Positions 24,913 to 32,000 of a stretch of DNA of 32,000 bases are shown here, in pieces. The stretch spans positions 1,260,001 to 1,292,000 of the forward strand of contig NC_013202.1 of assembly GCF_000023965.1 (NCBI RefSeq), written 5' to 3'. The position numbers and the translations under genes are program-made. The DNA is from Halomicrobium mukohataei DSM 12286 (lineage in GTDB: Archaea > Halobacteriota > Halobacteria > Halobacteriales > Haloarculaceae). Positions within the stretch are counted from its first letter, which is position 1. Every line of letters begins with the position of its first letter. The notes under the pieces were generated by a model that saw only the letters and a list, made by a program, of their open reading frames with translations, was not told the DNA's origin and did not search any database.

Positions 24913-26415
24913 ATGAGTGATCTGTCTGATGAGGAGATCGTCGTGGTCGGTGGCGGCGTCGGCGGGCTCTCTGCCGCCTGTTTCCTCGCCGACGCCGGTG
25001 CCGACGTGACCCTGCTCGAGAAAAACGAGCAGCTGGGCGGGCGTGCCAGCCGACTGGAGGCCGAGGGCTTCCGGTTCGACATGGGACCGTCGTGGTACCT
25101 GATGCCCGACGTGTTCGAGCGCTTCTTCGCCCACTTCGACCGCGAGCCCGGCGACTACTACGATCTCGAACGGCTCGATCCACACTACCGGATCTTCTTC
25201 AAGGACGGCGACCGGCTCGACATCTCGGGCGATCTCGACGCGATGCGGTCGACGTTCGAGTCCTACGAGCCCGGTGCCAGCGAGGACTTCGACGACTACC
25301 TCGCGACCAGCCAGAAGCACTACGAGACGGCGATGGAAGACTTCGTCTACACGGATCGTCCCCGGCTCCGGGACTGGATCGATCCCAGCGTGATGCGGGC
25401 CGCGCCGATCGGGCTCTCCCTGGTCGGCTCGATGCAGGGCCACGTCGAAGAGTACTTCGAGCACCCGAAGCTCCAGCAGATCGTCCAGTACACGCTCGTC
25501 TTCCTCGGCGGATCGCCGGAGAACACCCCGGCGCTGTACAACATCATGAGCCACGTCGACTTCAACCTCGGCGTCTACTACCCCGTCGGCGACGACGGCG
25601 AGGGCGGGATCGGCGTCGTGATCGACGCGTTCGTCGAGCTGGGCCGCGAACTCGGCGTGGAGTACGTCACCGACAGCGAGGTCGACGAGATCACGAAACG
25701 ACGCGATAGCTTCCACGTCGAGACGGTCGACGGCGACGTGTACCGGCCCGACGAGACCGTCGTCAACGCCGACTACGGCCACGCCGAGCGCGAACTCCTG
25801 CCCGACCACGAGCGCCAGTACGAGGACGACTACTGGGACGACCGAACGCTGGCCCCGTCGGCCTACCTCATGTACCTCGGCGTCGAGGGCGACGTGGACC
25901 CGCTCGAACACCACACGCTCGTGTTCCCGACGGACTGGTCGGACCACTTCGACGCGATCTTCGACCGCCCGCGCTGGCCCGACGATCCCGCCTACTACCT
26001 GTGTGTCCCCTCGAAGACCGACGACACCGTCGCGCCCGAGGGCCACTCGAACCTCTTCGTGCTGGTACCGATCGCGCCCGACCTCCACGACGGCGACGAG
26101 ATCCGGGCCGAGTACCGCGAGCAGATCCTCGCCGACATCGCCGAGAACACCGGCGTCGACCTCCGGGACCGGATCGTCTTCGAGGAGGGATTTGCCGTCT
26201 CTGACTTCGCCGACCGGTACAACGCGACCGAGGGGACGGCACTCGGACTCGCACACACGCTGCGTCAGACCTCGCTGTTGCGCCCACCGATCCGTTCGTC
26301 GGCCGTCGACGGGCTGTACTTCACCGGCTCTTTCACCCGACCCGGCGTCGGCGTCCCGATGTGTCTGATCAGCGGCGAACACGCGGCCAACGAACTGATC
26401 GAGGACCAGCGCTAA
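24913..26415 (+). CDS. crtD: CrtI-family carotenoid desaturase (carotenoid 3,4-desaturase of the bacterioruberin pathway)
   Basis: IVVVGGGVGGLSAACFLADAGADVTLLEKNEQLGGRA is the FAD dinucleotide fold. The C-terminus has FTGSFTRPGVGVPM. The gene sits first in a crtD-lyeJ-cruF arrangement. Confidence 0.88.
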   Translation: MSDLSDEEIVVVGGGVGGLSAACFLADAGADVTLLEKNEQLGGRASRLEAEGFRFDMGPSWYLMPDVFERFFAHFDREPGDYYDLERLDPHYRIFFKDGDRLDISGDLDAMRSTFESYEPGASEDFDDYLATSQKHYETAMEDFVYTDRPRLRDWIDPSVMRAAPIGLSLVGSMQGHVEEYFEHPKLQQIVQYTLVFLGGSPENTPALYNIMSHVDFNLGVYYPVGDDGEGGIGVVIDAFVELGRELGVEYVTDSEVDEITKRRDSFHVETVDGDVYRPDETVVNADYGHAERELLPDHERQYEDDYWDDRTLAPSAYLMYLGVEGDVDPLEHHTLVFPTDWSDHFDAIFDRPRWPDDPAYYLCVPSKTDDTVAPEGHSNLFVLVPIAPDLHDGDEIRAEYREQILADIAENTGVDLRDRIVFEEGFAVSDFADRYNATEGTALGLAHTLRQTSLLRPPIRSSAVDGLYFTGSFTRPGVGVPMCLISGEHAANELIEDQR

Positions 26416-26440
26416 GCCCCCGCCACGACACCATCCCACC

Positions 26441-27331
26441 ATGAGCGCCGCTCTCAGCGACCGGCTGGCGACCCTGCTCCCCTCCGAGGAGTCGCGCCTG
26501 GGATATCTCCTGTGGCTCTCGCGGCCCCGCTTCTGGCTCTACCTCGCGGGGCCGGTCATCATCGGCGTGACCTACGCCGCCGACTCCTCGGCCCAGCTGT
26601 TCGCGCCGATCGCCGTCGCGCTGTTCGCGTACTTTCTGATCCCCGCGAACGTCTTCCTCTACGGCGTCAACGACGCCTTCGACGCCGACGTCGACGAGTA
26701 CAATCCGAAGAAAGACGAGGAGGAGGGCAAGGAAGTGCGGTTCCAGCGCGACCCGGTCGTCCTCGCGACCATCGCGCTGTCGGGCCTCGCCGCGCTGGCG
26801 TTCGTCCCCTTCCTGCCGACCGTCGCGCTGGTCGTCTTCGCCGGGTGGGCCGTCCTCTCGGTCGAGTACAGCGCCCCGCCGGCACGCTTCAAGACGACGC
26901 CGCTGCTGGACTCGCTGTCGAACGGGCTGTACGTCCTGCCGGCGGTGATCGCCTACGCCACCATCGAGGGTGCGCTGCCGCCGACGCTCGCGGTCGTCGG
27001 CGCGTGGCTCTGGTCGATGGGGATGCACACGTTCTCCGCGATCCCCGACATCGAACCCGACCGGGAGGCCGGGATCCGGACGACCGCGACGTGGCTCGGC
27101 GAGCGCCGAACCTACTACTACTGTGGGGCCTGCTGGGCCGCCGCAGCGGCCGCGTTCGGAGTCGTCCACCCGGTCTTTGGTGCGTTGCTCGGGCTCTATC
27201 CGGTGTTGATTTTCGGGATCACGCGTGCCGGCGTGGACGTGCATCGGGCCTACTGGTGGTATCCCGCGATCAACACGCTGGTGGGCATGTCGTTCACGCT
27301 CGTCGGCCTGTGGGTGATGCTGCATGGATGA
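26441..27331 (+). CDS. lyeJ: UbiA-family prenyltransferase, lycopene elongase/hydratase
   Basis: Polytopic membrane protein with the Asp-rich NDAFDADVD motif and a second DIEPDREAG motif. It lies between the CrtI-like and CruF-like genes. Confidence 0.88.
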   Translation: MSAALSDRLATLLPSEESRLGYLLWLSRPRFWLYLAGPVIIGVTYAADSSAQLFAPIAVALFAYFLIPANVFLYGVNDAFDADVDEYNPKKDEEEGKEVRFQRDPVVLATIALSGLAALAFVPFLPTVALVVFAGWAVLSVEYSAPPARFKTTPLLDSLSNGLYVLPAVIAYATIEGALPPTLAVVGAWLWSMGMHTFSAIPDIEPDREAGIRTTATWLGERRTYYYCGACWAAAAAAFGVVHPVFGALLGLYPVLIFGITRAGVDVHRAYWWYPAINTLVGMSFTLVGLWVMLHG

Positions 27332-28175
27332 CCCGCTGGCGACGCCGACCCGCGAGCGGGCGCTGGATCGCCTCGACGAGCTGGTGCTGGAGAACCGCTT
27401 CACCATCGCCGTCGTCTTCCCGGTGACCGGGGCCGTCCTGTTGACCGCCAGCGCACTCCGTCCGCCGTGGCTGCCCGACGCGCTCGTCTTTCACCCCCTG
27501 TTGATCCTGCTGGGGACGCTGGTCATGCGGCTCCCGCTGGGGGCGGGACTCGCGCCCCTCGTCGACCGCAGGGCGGGGCTCGCGCTCGTGTCGCTGACGG
27601 CCTACGCCTACGCGATCGAGTTCGTCGGTATCGCGACCGGCTGGCCCTACGGCGAGTTCGCCTACGGCGTCTCGCTGGGTCCCATGCTGGCCGGCGAGGT
27701 CCCGCTGGGACTGCCGATCTTCTTCGTGCCGCTGGTGGTCAACAGCTACCTGCTGTGTACGCTGTTGCTCGGGGACCGGGCGACGAACCCGTGGCTCCGC
27801 CTGCCGGCCGTGATCGCGACCGTGCTGGCGATCGATCTGGTGCTCGACCCCGGCGCGGTCGCGCTCGGCTTCTGGGAGTACGGCGGCGGGAGCTACTACG
27901 GCGTGCCCCGCTCGAACTACGAGGGGTGGATCCTCTCGGGGACCGTGGCGGTCCTGCTGCTCGACTGGGGATTCGACTGGCAGACGCTCGGCGAGCGACT
28001 GCGCTCCTGCGCGTTCATGCTCGACGACATGGTGAGCTTCGTCATCCTCTGGGGGGCCATCAACGCCGTCTTCGGCAACTGGCTCCCGGTGGGGATCGCC
28101 GCCGTGCTGGGACTGGGGCTGGTCGCGACCGACCGCTTCGACGTGCCGACCCGACCGAGGTGGATGGGATCGTGA
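27324..28175 (+). CDS. cruF: Carotenoid biosynthesis membrane protein, bisanhydrobacterioruberin hydratase
   Basis: 8-nt overlap with lyeJ (ATGGATGA). Polytopic with the CruF/DUF422-like motifs GWPYGEFAYG and LDPGAVALGFWEY. Confidence 0.85.
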   Translation: MDDPLATPTRERALDRLDELVLENRFTIAVVFPVTGAVLLTASALRPPWLPDALVFHPLLILLGTLVMRLPLGAGLAPLVDRRAGLALVSLTAYAYAIEFVGIATGWPYGEFAYGVSLGPMLAGEVPLGLPIFFVPLVVNSYLLCTLLLGDRATNPWLRLPAVIATVLAIDLVLDPGAVALGFWEYGGGSYYGVPRSNYEGWILSGTVAVLLLDWGFDWQTLGERLRSCAFMLDDMVSFVILWGAINAVFGNWLPVGIAAVLGLGLVATDRFDVPTRPRWMGS

Positions 28176-28531
28176 GCGACGAGTTCCCCGCACCCGAGGC
28201 AGTGACCGTCCTCGGCGTCGCCGCCGTCGTCGTCGGGGCGCTCCTTCCGTGGGAGGTCACCGCCGCGGGGACGACGGTCGGCCTCGGAGCCAACGGCTTC
28301 GTCGCCGTCCTCGCGGCCTTCGCCGTCCTGGCGACGGTCGCCGTTATGCGCGGTTCGGTGACCGCCGGCCGGGTGGCACTCGCGGGGGGCCTGGTCGCGG
28401 CGCTGGTCGCGGGCCACTGGATCGCCCTCGTGGCCGGACTCGACGGGGCCGGGATCGGGGTCGTCGTGTCGCTCCTCGGCGGCGTCGGGATCGCCGTCGG
28501 TGGCGGGCTCCGCCTCGTCCGTGGCGACTGA
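28172..28531 (+). CDS. Small Gly/Ala/Val-rich 4-TM membrane protein coupled to cruF
   Basis: The GTG start overlaps the cruF stop (GTGA at 28172-28175). 119 aa with four hydrophobic helices. High GC3 is consistent with coding. Confidence 0.55.
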   Translation: MSDEFPAPEAVTVLGVAAVVVGALLPWEVTAAGTTVGLGANGFVAVLAAFAVLATVAVMRGSVTAGRVALAGGLVAALVAGHWIALVAGLDGAGIGVVVSLLGGVGIAVGGGLRLVRGD

Positions 28532-28580
28532 CACCGTCGGAACGCGTTCATACGAGTGTCTCGACCCTGCCGCCGTCTGG

Positions 28581-29447
28581 CTACTGTAGCCACACGCTCG
28601 CGAACGAGTCGAAGTACTCCTCGCCGGTCTCGACCAGCACGTGGTCTCCACCCAGTGCCGTAACGCGGTTCGACACCGAATCGACGTGGGCGTCGAGGCG
28701 CGACCGGTAGGTCTCGGCCAGCGAGCCGCTGAAGTACGACCGGCGCGTCTCGTCGCTCTCGGGGTCGGCGAACAGCACGTCACCGACGACGCCGGGGTCC
28801 CGTTCTTCCGGGGCGACGACGCGGACCAGTAGCACGTCGGCGTCGTTGCGTGCGAGTGCGGCGATGCCGGCCTCCAGCTCCTCGGGCTCGGTCAAACAGT
28901 CGCTGAACACCACGACGAGCGACCGCGAGCGGATGCGCTCGGCGTAGGCCGCCAGCGACGACTCGAACGCCGCTTGCCCGGCGAGGGTCGACTCGTTCAA
29001 CTGGTCGATAAGAGAGAGCAGTTCCCCCCGGTTCGACTGGCCGGTGTCGATACGGTCCACCCGGTCACGGAACGTACAAAAGCGGAAGTCGTTGTTCTCC
29101 GCCGCCGTGAGGTAGGCGAAACCGAGCGCGAGCTTGGTGGCGGACTCGAACTTGTGGCTCGACGCGTCCCCGTAGTCCATCGACGCGCTCGTATCGACGA
29201 GCAGGTGGACGGTCAGGCTCCGCTCTTCCTCGTACTGCTTGATGAAGTACTCCTCGGTCCGGGCGAACAGCTTCCAGTCGATCCGTCGCGTGTCGTCTCC
29301 CGGCGAGTAGCGGCGGTAATCGCTGAAGGTGAGGCCGTCACCGACCCGCGGCGACCGCTGGTCGCCCTGTCGAATCGAGGTCGTCTGGCGGTTCAGCGCG
29401 GCGCTGAACCGCCCGAGTTCGTCCAGAAAGTCCGGTTCGATAGTCAC
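28581..29447 (-). CDS. DUF58 domain protein (vWA-like partner of MoxR ATPases)
   Basis: GDGLTFSDYRRYSPGDDTRRIDWKLFARTEEYFIKQYEEE is the DUF58 signature. LLVDTSASMDYG is MIDAS-like. GTG start at 29447. Confidence 0.9.
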   Translation of the reverse strand: MTIEPDFLDELGRFSAALNRQTTSIRQGDQRSPRVGDGLTFSDYRRYSPGDDTRRIDWKLFARTEEYFIKQYEEERSLTVHLLVDTSASMDYGDASSHKFESATKLALGFAYLTAAENNDFRFCTFRDRVDRIDTGQSNRGELLSLIDQLNESTLAGQAAFESSLAAYAERIRSRSLVVVFSDCLTEPEELEAGIAALARNDADVLLVRVVAPEERDPGVVGDVLFADPESDETRRSYFSGSLAETYRSRLDAHVDSVSNRVTALGGDHVLVETGEEYFDSFASVWLQ

Positions 29448-29502
29448 GGCTCGCCCTCCCGAAGTGGCCGGCCCGTCCGCGGAACTGCGATTCCCGGGGA
29501 AC

Positions 29503-30444
29503 TCATTCCAGTAGCGACGCGACGAGGTCGTCCGCCGTCCGCCCCTCCCGCTCGGCCCGGAAGTCCACGACGATCCGATGGCGGAGCACGGGTGCGGCCA
29601 GTGCCTCGATGTCCTCGCCCGCGACGTGTGAGCGGCCGTGCAGGAACGCCCGCGCCTTCGCCGTCTGTACGAGCGCCATGCTCGCTCGCGGGCTGGCCCC
29701 GAACTCGATGTCGTCGGCCTCGCGGGTCCGGCGGACGAGCTGGACCGCTCGGTCGCGCAGGTCGTCGGCGATGGGCATCTCGCGGACCAGCTGCTGGACC
29801 GCTCGAATCTCCGTGCGGGTCAGCGAGCGCTCGACGGGCACCTGCTCCGCCCCGGCGGTGTTCATGTCGACGATCGTGCGCTCCTCGTCGTAGTCTGGGT
29901 AGTCGACCAGCAGCTTCAGCATGAAGCGGTCGGTCTGGGCCTCCGGGAGCGCGTAGGTCCCAGACTGGTCGATGGGGTTCTGGGTCGCGAGGATGAAAAA
30001 CGGGCGCGGCAGTTCGTGGGTCTCGCCCGCGGCGGTCACCTGCTTCTCCTGCATCGCTTCCAGCAGGGCGGCCTGTGTCTTCGGCGTCGCCCGGTTGATC
30101 TCGTCGGCCAGCACGACGTTGGCGAACACCGGCCCCTTCTCGAAGACGAACTCGCGTCCGCTGTCGGTCTCGCGGATGATCTCGGTCCCCGTGATGTCGG
30201 ACGGCATCAGGTCGGGGGTGTTCTGAATCCGGGAGAACTGGAGGTCGGTCACCGCCGCGACCGTCCGGACCATCGTCGTCTTTCCCAGCCCGGGGTTCGA
30301 TTCGAGCAGGGCGTTGCCGTCGGCCAGGATACAGACGAGCAGTTGCTCCAGTACCTCCTCCTGTCCGACGATTCGCGTGCCGATCTGTTCACGTGCGTCC
30401 GCGATCTTCCGCTGTAGCGCGTCGATGTCTTGCTCTGATCTCAT
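29503..30444 (-). CDS. MoxR-family AAA+ ATPase
   Basis: LLESNPGLGKTTMVRTVA is Walker A and VVLADEINRATPKTQAALLEAMQE is Walker B plus sensor 1. FILATQNPIDQSGTYALPEAQTDRF is also present. Length is 313 aa. Confidence 0.95.
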   Translation of the reverse strand: MRSEQDIDALQRKIADAREQIGTRIVGQEEVLEQLLVCILADGNALLESNPGLGKTTMVRTVAAVTDLQFSRIQNTPDLMPSDITGTEIIRETDSGREFVFEKGPVFANVVLADEINRATPKTQAALLEAMQEKQVTAAGETHELPRPFFILATQNPIDQSGTYALPEAQTDRFMLKLLVDYPDYDEERTIVDMNTAGAEQVPVERSLTRTEIRAVQQLVREMPIADDLRDRAVQLVRRTREADDIEFGASPRASMALVQTAKARAFLHGRSHVAGEDIEALAAPVLRHRIVVDFRAEREGRTADDLVASLLE

Positions 30445-31391
30445 TGGTCGGTGTCTCCGTCGTCAGCGTCTCGTTCTCTGATTCTGAGATTGTACTCGCG
30501 GACGAGGGCCGCGTCCTCGATCTCTTCCTGGCCGGCGAACCCGGCCTGCCGGCTGTCGACCGTGCCGCTTGCGCTCCCCGGTCCGTCGGTGTCCGAGGAC
30601 GGGAACTCCTGGCTTCGATCCACCTCCTGGTCGCCGCCAGTCGAGTCGATCTCGGCGGTGAGGTTCTCCTCGCCCGCCTGGACGTCCTCGCTGTCGCCGA
30701 GTATGGCGTCACCGTCTTCGAGCCCCCCGTACTCGTCGGGTCCGTCGTCCGTCGATTCCGTCTCGACCGGGTCGCGGTCGAGCAGACTGACGTCGACGAC
30801 GGCCACCTGCACTGTCGCCAGACTCACCAGGAGCACGACGACGAGCGTCCCGGCCAGCCGCCGGCTATCGACCAGTGCAGTGCTGGAACTCTGTTTCAGA
30901 CCCGCAAGCACATCCTCGTAGAGCCGGGCCGCCATCCGCGTCTCGGCCCCGTCTTCGACGGCGTCTCGGGCCGTACGGAGCGCGTCGGTGACGTTCGCGT
31001 TGGCCGCCTCGAACTGCTCGACGAGAGGCTGGCGGACCCGGTACAGGTACTCGCCGAGGAGCCAGCCCCCTCCGAGAGCGATGCCGACGACCGCGCCCGC
31101 GGGGAGCGAGAGCGCCGGTATCGACCGGCCGACGGCGGCTCCGATCGGCTCCGTCATCGCCGCCGGAACCGACACCCGTGTCGGGAGTCCGGCCGGCGAG
31201 AGGGCAGTCAGGACGACGTTCGCCAGGAGAGCGACCAGCACCGCGTCGACGACGGCGTAGACGAACGCGGCCTTCTTGCCCTCGTATCTGACCTCGGCGA
31301 TGGCTGCGGCCATGCGCTCGCGTGCTCGTTCCCGTTCTTCTGTGGGCGGTTGGCCGCTCCGTTCGCCGGTGTCGGTGTCGAGTCCGTCCAT
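30441..31391 (-). CDS. Membrane protein with three TM helices and a long acidic C-terminal tail, function unknown
   Basis: Its stop overlaps the MoxR start (ATGA at 30441-30444). Its start overlaps the upstream stop by 1 nt. TM segments are AAFVYAVVDAVLVALLANVVL, AVVGIALGGGWLLGEYL and LAGTLVVVLLVSLATVQVAVV. Confidence 0.72.
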   Translation of the reverse strand: MDGLDTDTGERSGQPPTEERERARERMAAAIAEVRYEGKKAAFVYAVVDAVLVALLANVVLTALSPAGLPTRVSVPAAMTEPIGAAVGRSIPALSLPAGAVVGIALGGGWLLGEYLYRVRQPLVEQFEAANANVTDALRTARDAVEDGAETRMAARLYEDVLAGLKQSSSTALVDSRRLAGTLVVVLLVSLATVQVAVVDVSLLDRDPVETESTDDGPDEYGGLEDGDAILGDSEDVQAGEENLTAEIDSTGGDQEVDRSQEFPSSDTDGPGSASGTVDSRQAGFAGQEEIEDAALVREYNLRIRERDADDGDTDQ

Positions 31392-32000
31392 CAGTAGTCC
31401 TCGCAGGTGGTTTTGTCCTGATTGTCCGGCTGGTCACAGAGCGTCTCGATGTCGTCTCGCAGCTCTCGGTTTCGGTTTTCGAGCTCCGCGACCTCGGTTT
31501 CGAGCGTCGTTATCTGTGACTCCAGGTCCTCGATCTCCGCTTGCAGGTCCGACACTTGGTCTTCGAGTTCGTCGCGCTCGTCGGCCAGCTCCTCGTTTTC
31601 CGTCTCCAGATCCTCGACCGTCGATTCGAGTTCGTCGACTTCCGTCTGGAGAGAGTCCCGCTTGTTCCGGAGGTAGCCAACTGTCCCCTCCAGCTCTTCG
31701 ACGCGGTCCTCGCTCTCGCGCAGCGACTGCCTGGTCTCTGCCAGCTGGCTTTCCGTGGCGTTCAACTGCGCTTCGGTCCGGTTCAGGTTCGTCGCGACCT
31801 GATCGACGTCTTTCGATCGCGTCTCCAGTCGCGCTTCGAGTTCGTCGACGCGGGCCTGGGTGGAGTCGAGTTCACCGCTGGTGTCGTCCAGGTTCTCACG
31901 GAGTTCGGCGTTTTCCTGTCTGAGTTCCTGATTCTGCGATCGCAGTTCGCTCGCGGAGTCCTGGTACAGCACCGTCGTCGCGCCGGTGCCGACCATCGAG
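31391..32000 (-). CDS. Long acidic coiled-coil protein with a C-terminal Cys pair (open at window end)
   Basis: Heptad-like repeats include ELRSQNQELRQENAELRENL...VEELEGTV...VDELESTVEDLETENEELADERDELEDQVSDLQAEIEDLESQITTLETEVAELENRNRELRDDIETLCDQPDNQDKTTCEDY. The frame stays open to nt 32000, so the true start probably lies outside the window. Confidence 0.72.
   Translation of the reverse strand, partial: SMVGTGATTVLYQDSASELRSQNQELRQENAELRENLDDTSGELDSTQARVDELEARLETRSKDVDQVATNLNRTEAQLNATESQLAETRQSLRESEDRVEELEGTVGYLRNKRDSLQTEVDELESTVEDLETENEELADERDELEDQVSDLQAEIEDLESQITTLETEVAELENRNRELRDDIETLCDQPDNQDKTTCEDY

Noticed and set aside
1-32000. Mobile elements, integrases, toxin-antitoxin pairs, restriction-modification systems or known defence genes.
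   Set aside because: No transposase, integrase, nuclease or methylase signatures were recognised in any frame. The small RHH-like ORF at 5389-5538 has no adjacent toxin-like partner.

Overview
GC-rich window (roughly two-thirds G+C by eye) with very acidic predicted proteins, short intergenic spacers, and TATA-like boxes about 25-30 nt upstream of many start codons. This is the signature of a haloarchaeal (class Halobacteria) chromosome with mostly leaderless mRNAs. I call 36 protein-coding genes. I recognise no rRNA, tRNA, CRISPR array, transposase or integrase. Recognisable content includes cysK, ilvD, a YchF/OLA1 GTPase, an SRAP/YedK peptidase, TFS, a UspA protein and a VOC/glyoxalase protein. 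There is also a TIGR00300 (LOR/SDH-like) protein, a beta-RFAP-synthase homolog, two membrane histidine kinases and a Bat-type HTH_10 regulator with a HalOD1 protein. A ThiN/HTH (ThiR-like) regulator sits divergent from an atypical Nramp-like transporter. The bacterioruberin operon crtD-lyeJ-cruF and a MoxR-DUF58 operon are present. Items worth a second look: (1) a three-gene module at 14803-17299: a KaiC/RecA-like protein with a degenerate P-loop, an RHH/coiled-coil/zinc-ribbon protein, and a translationally coupled poly-acidic DPF-repeat/Cys4 protein. (2) A four-gene minus-strand operon at 28581-32000: coiled-coil protein, acidic-tailed membrane protein, MoxR, DUF58. (3) A ~75-nt palindromic repeat family with CTGCCGGCAG termini, present three times; two copies start exactly 2 nt after a stop codon. 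(4) A 172-nt palindrome in a divergent promoter region. (5) A lower-GC islet at ~8830-10075 holding structured non-coding elements and the usp gene. (6) The ThiR-like / Nramp-like (DPGN motif lost) / P-loop trio. All functional calls come from motif recognition by eye, with no database search.
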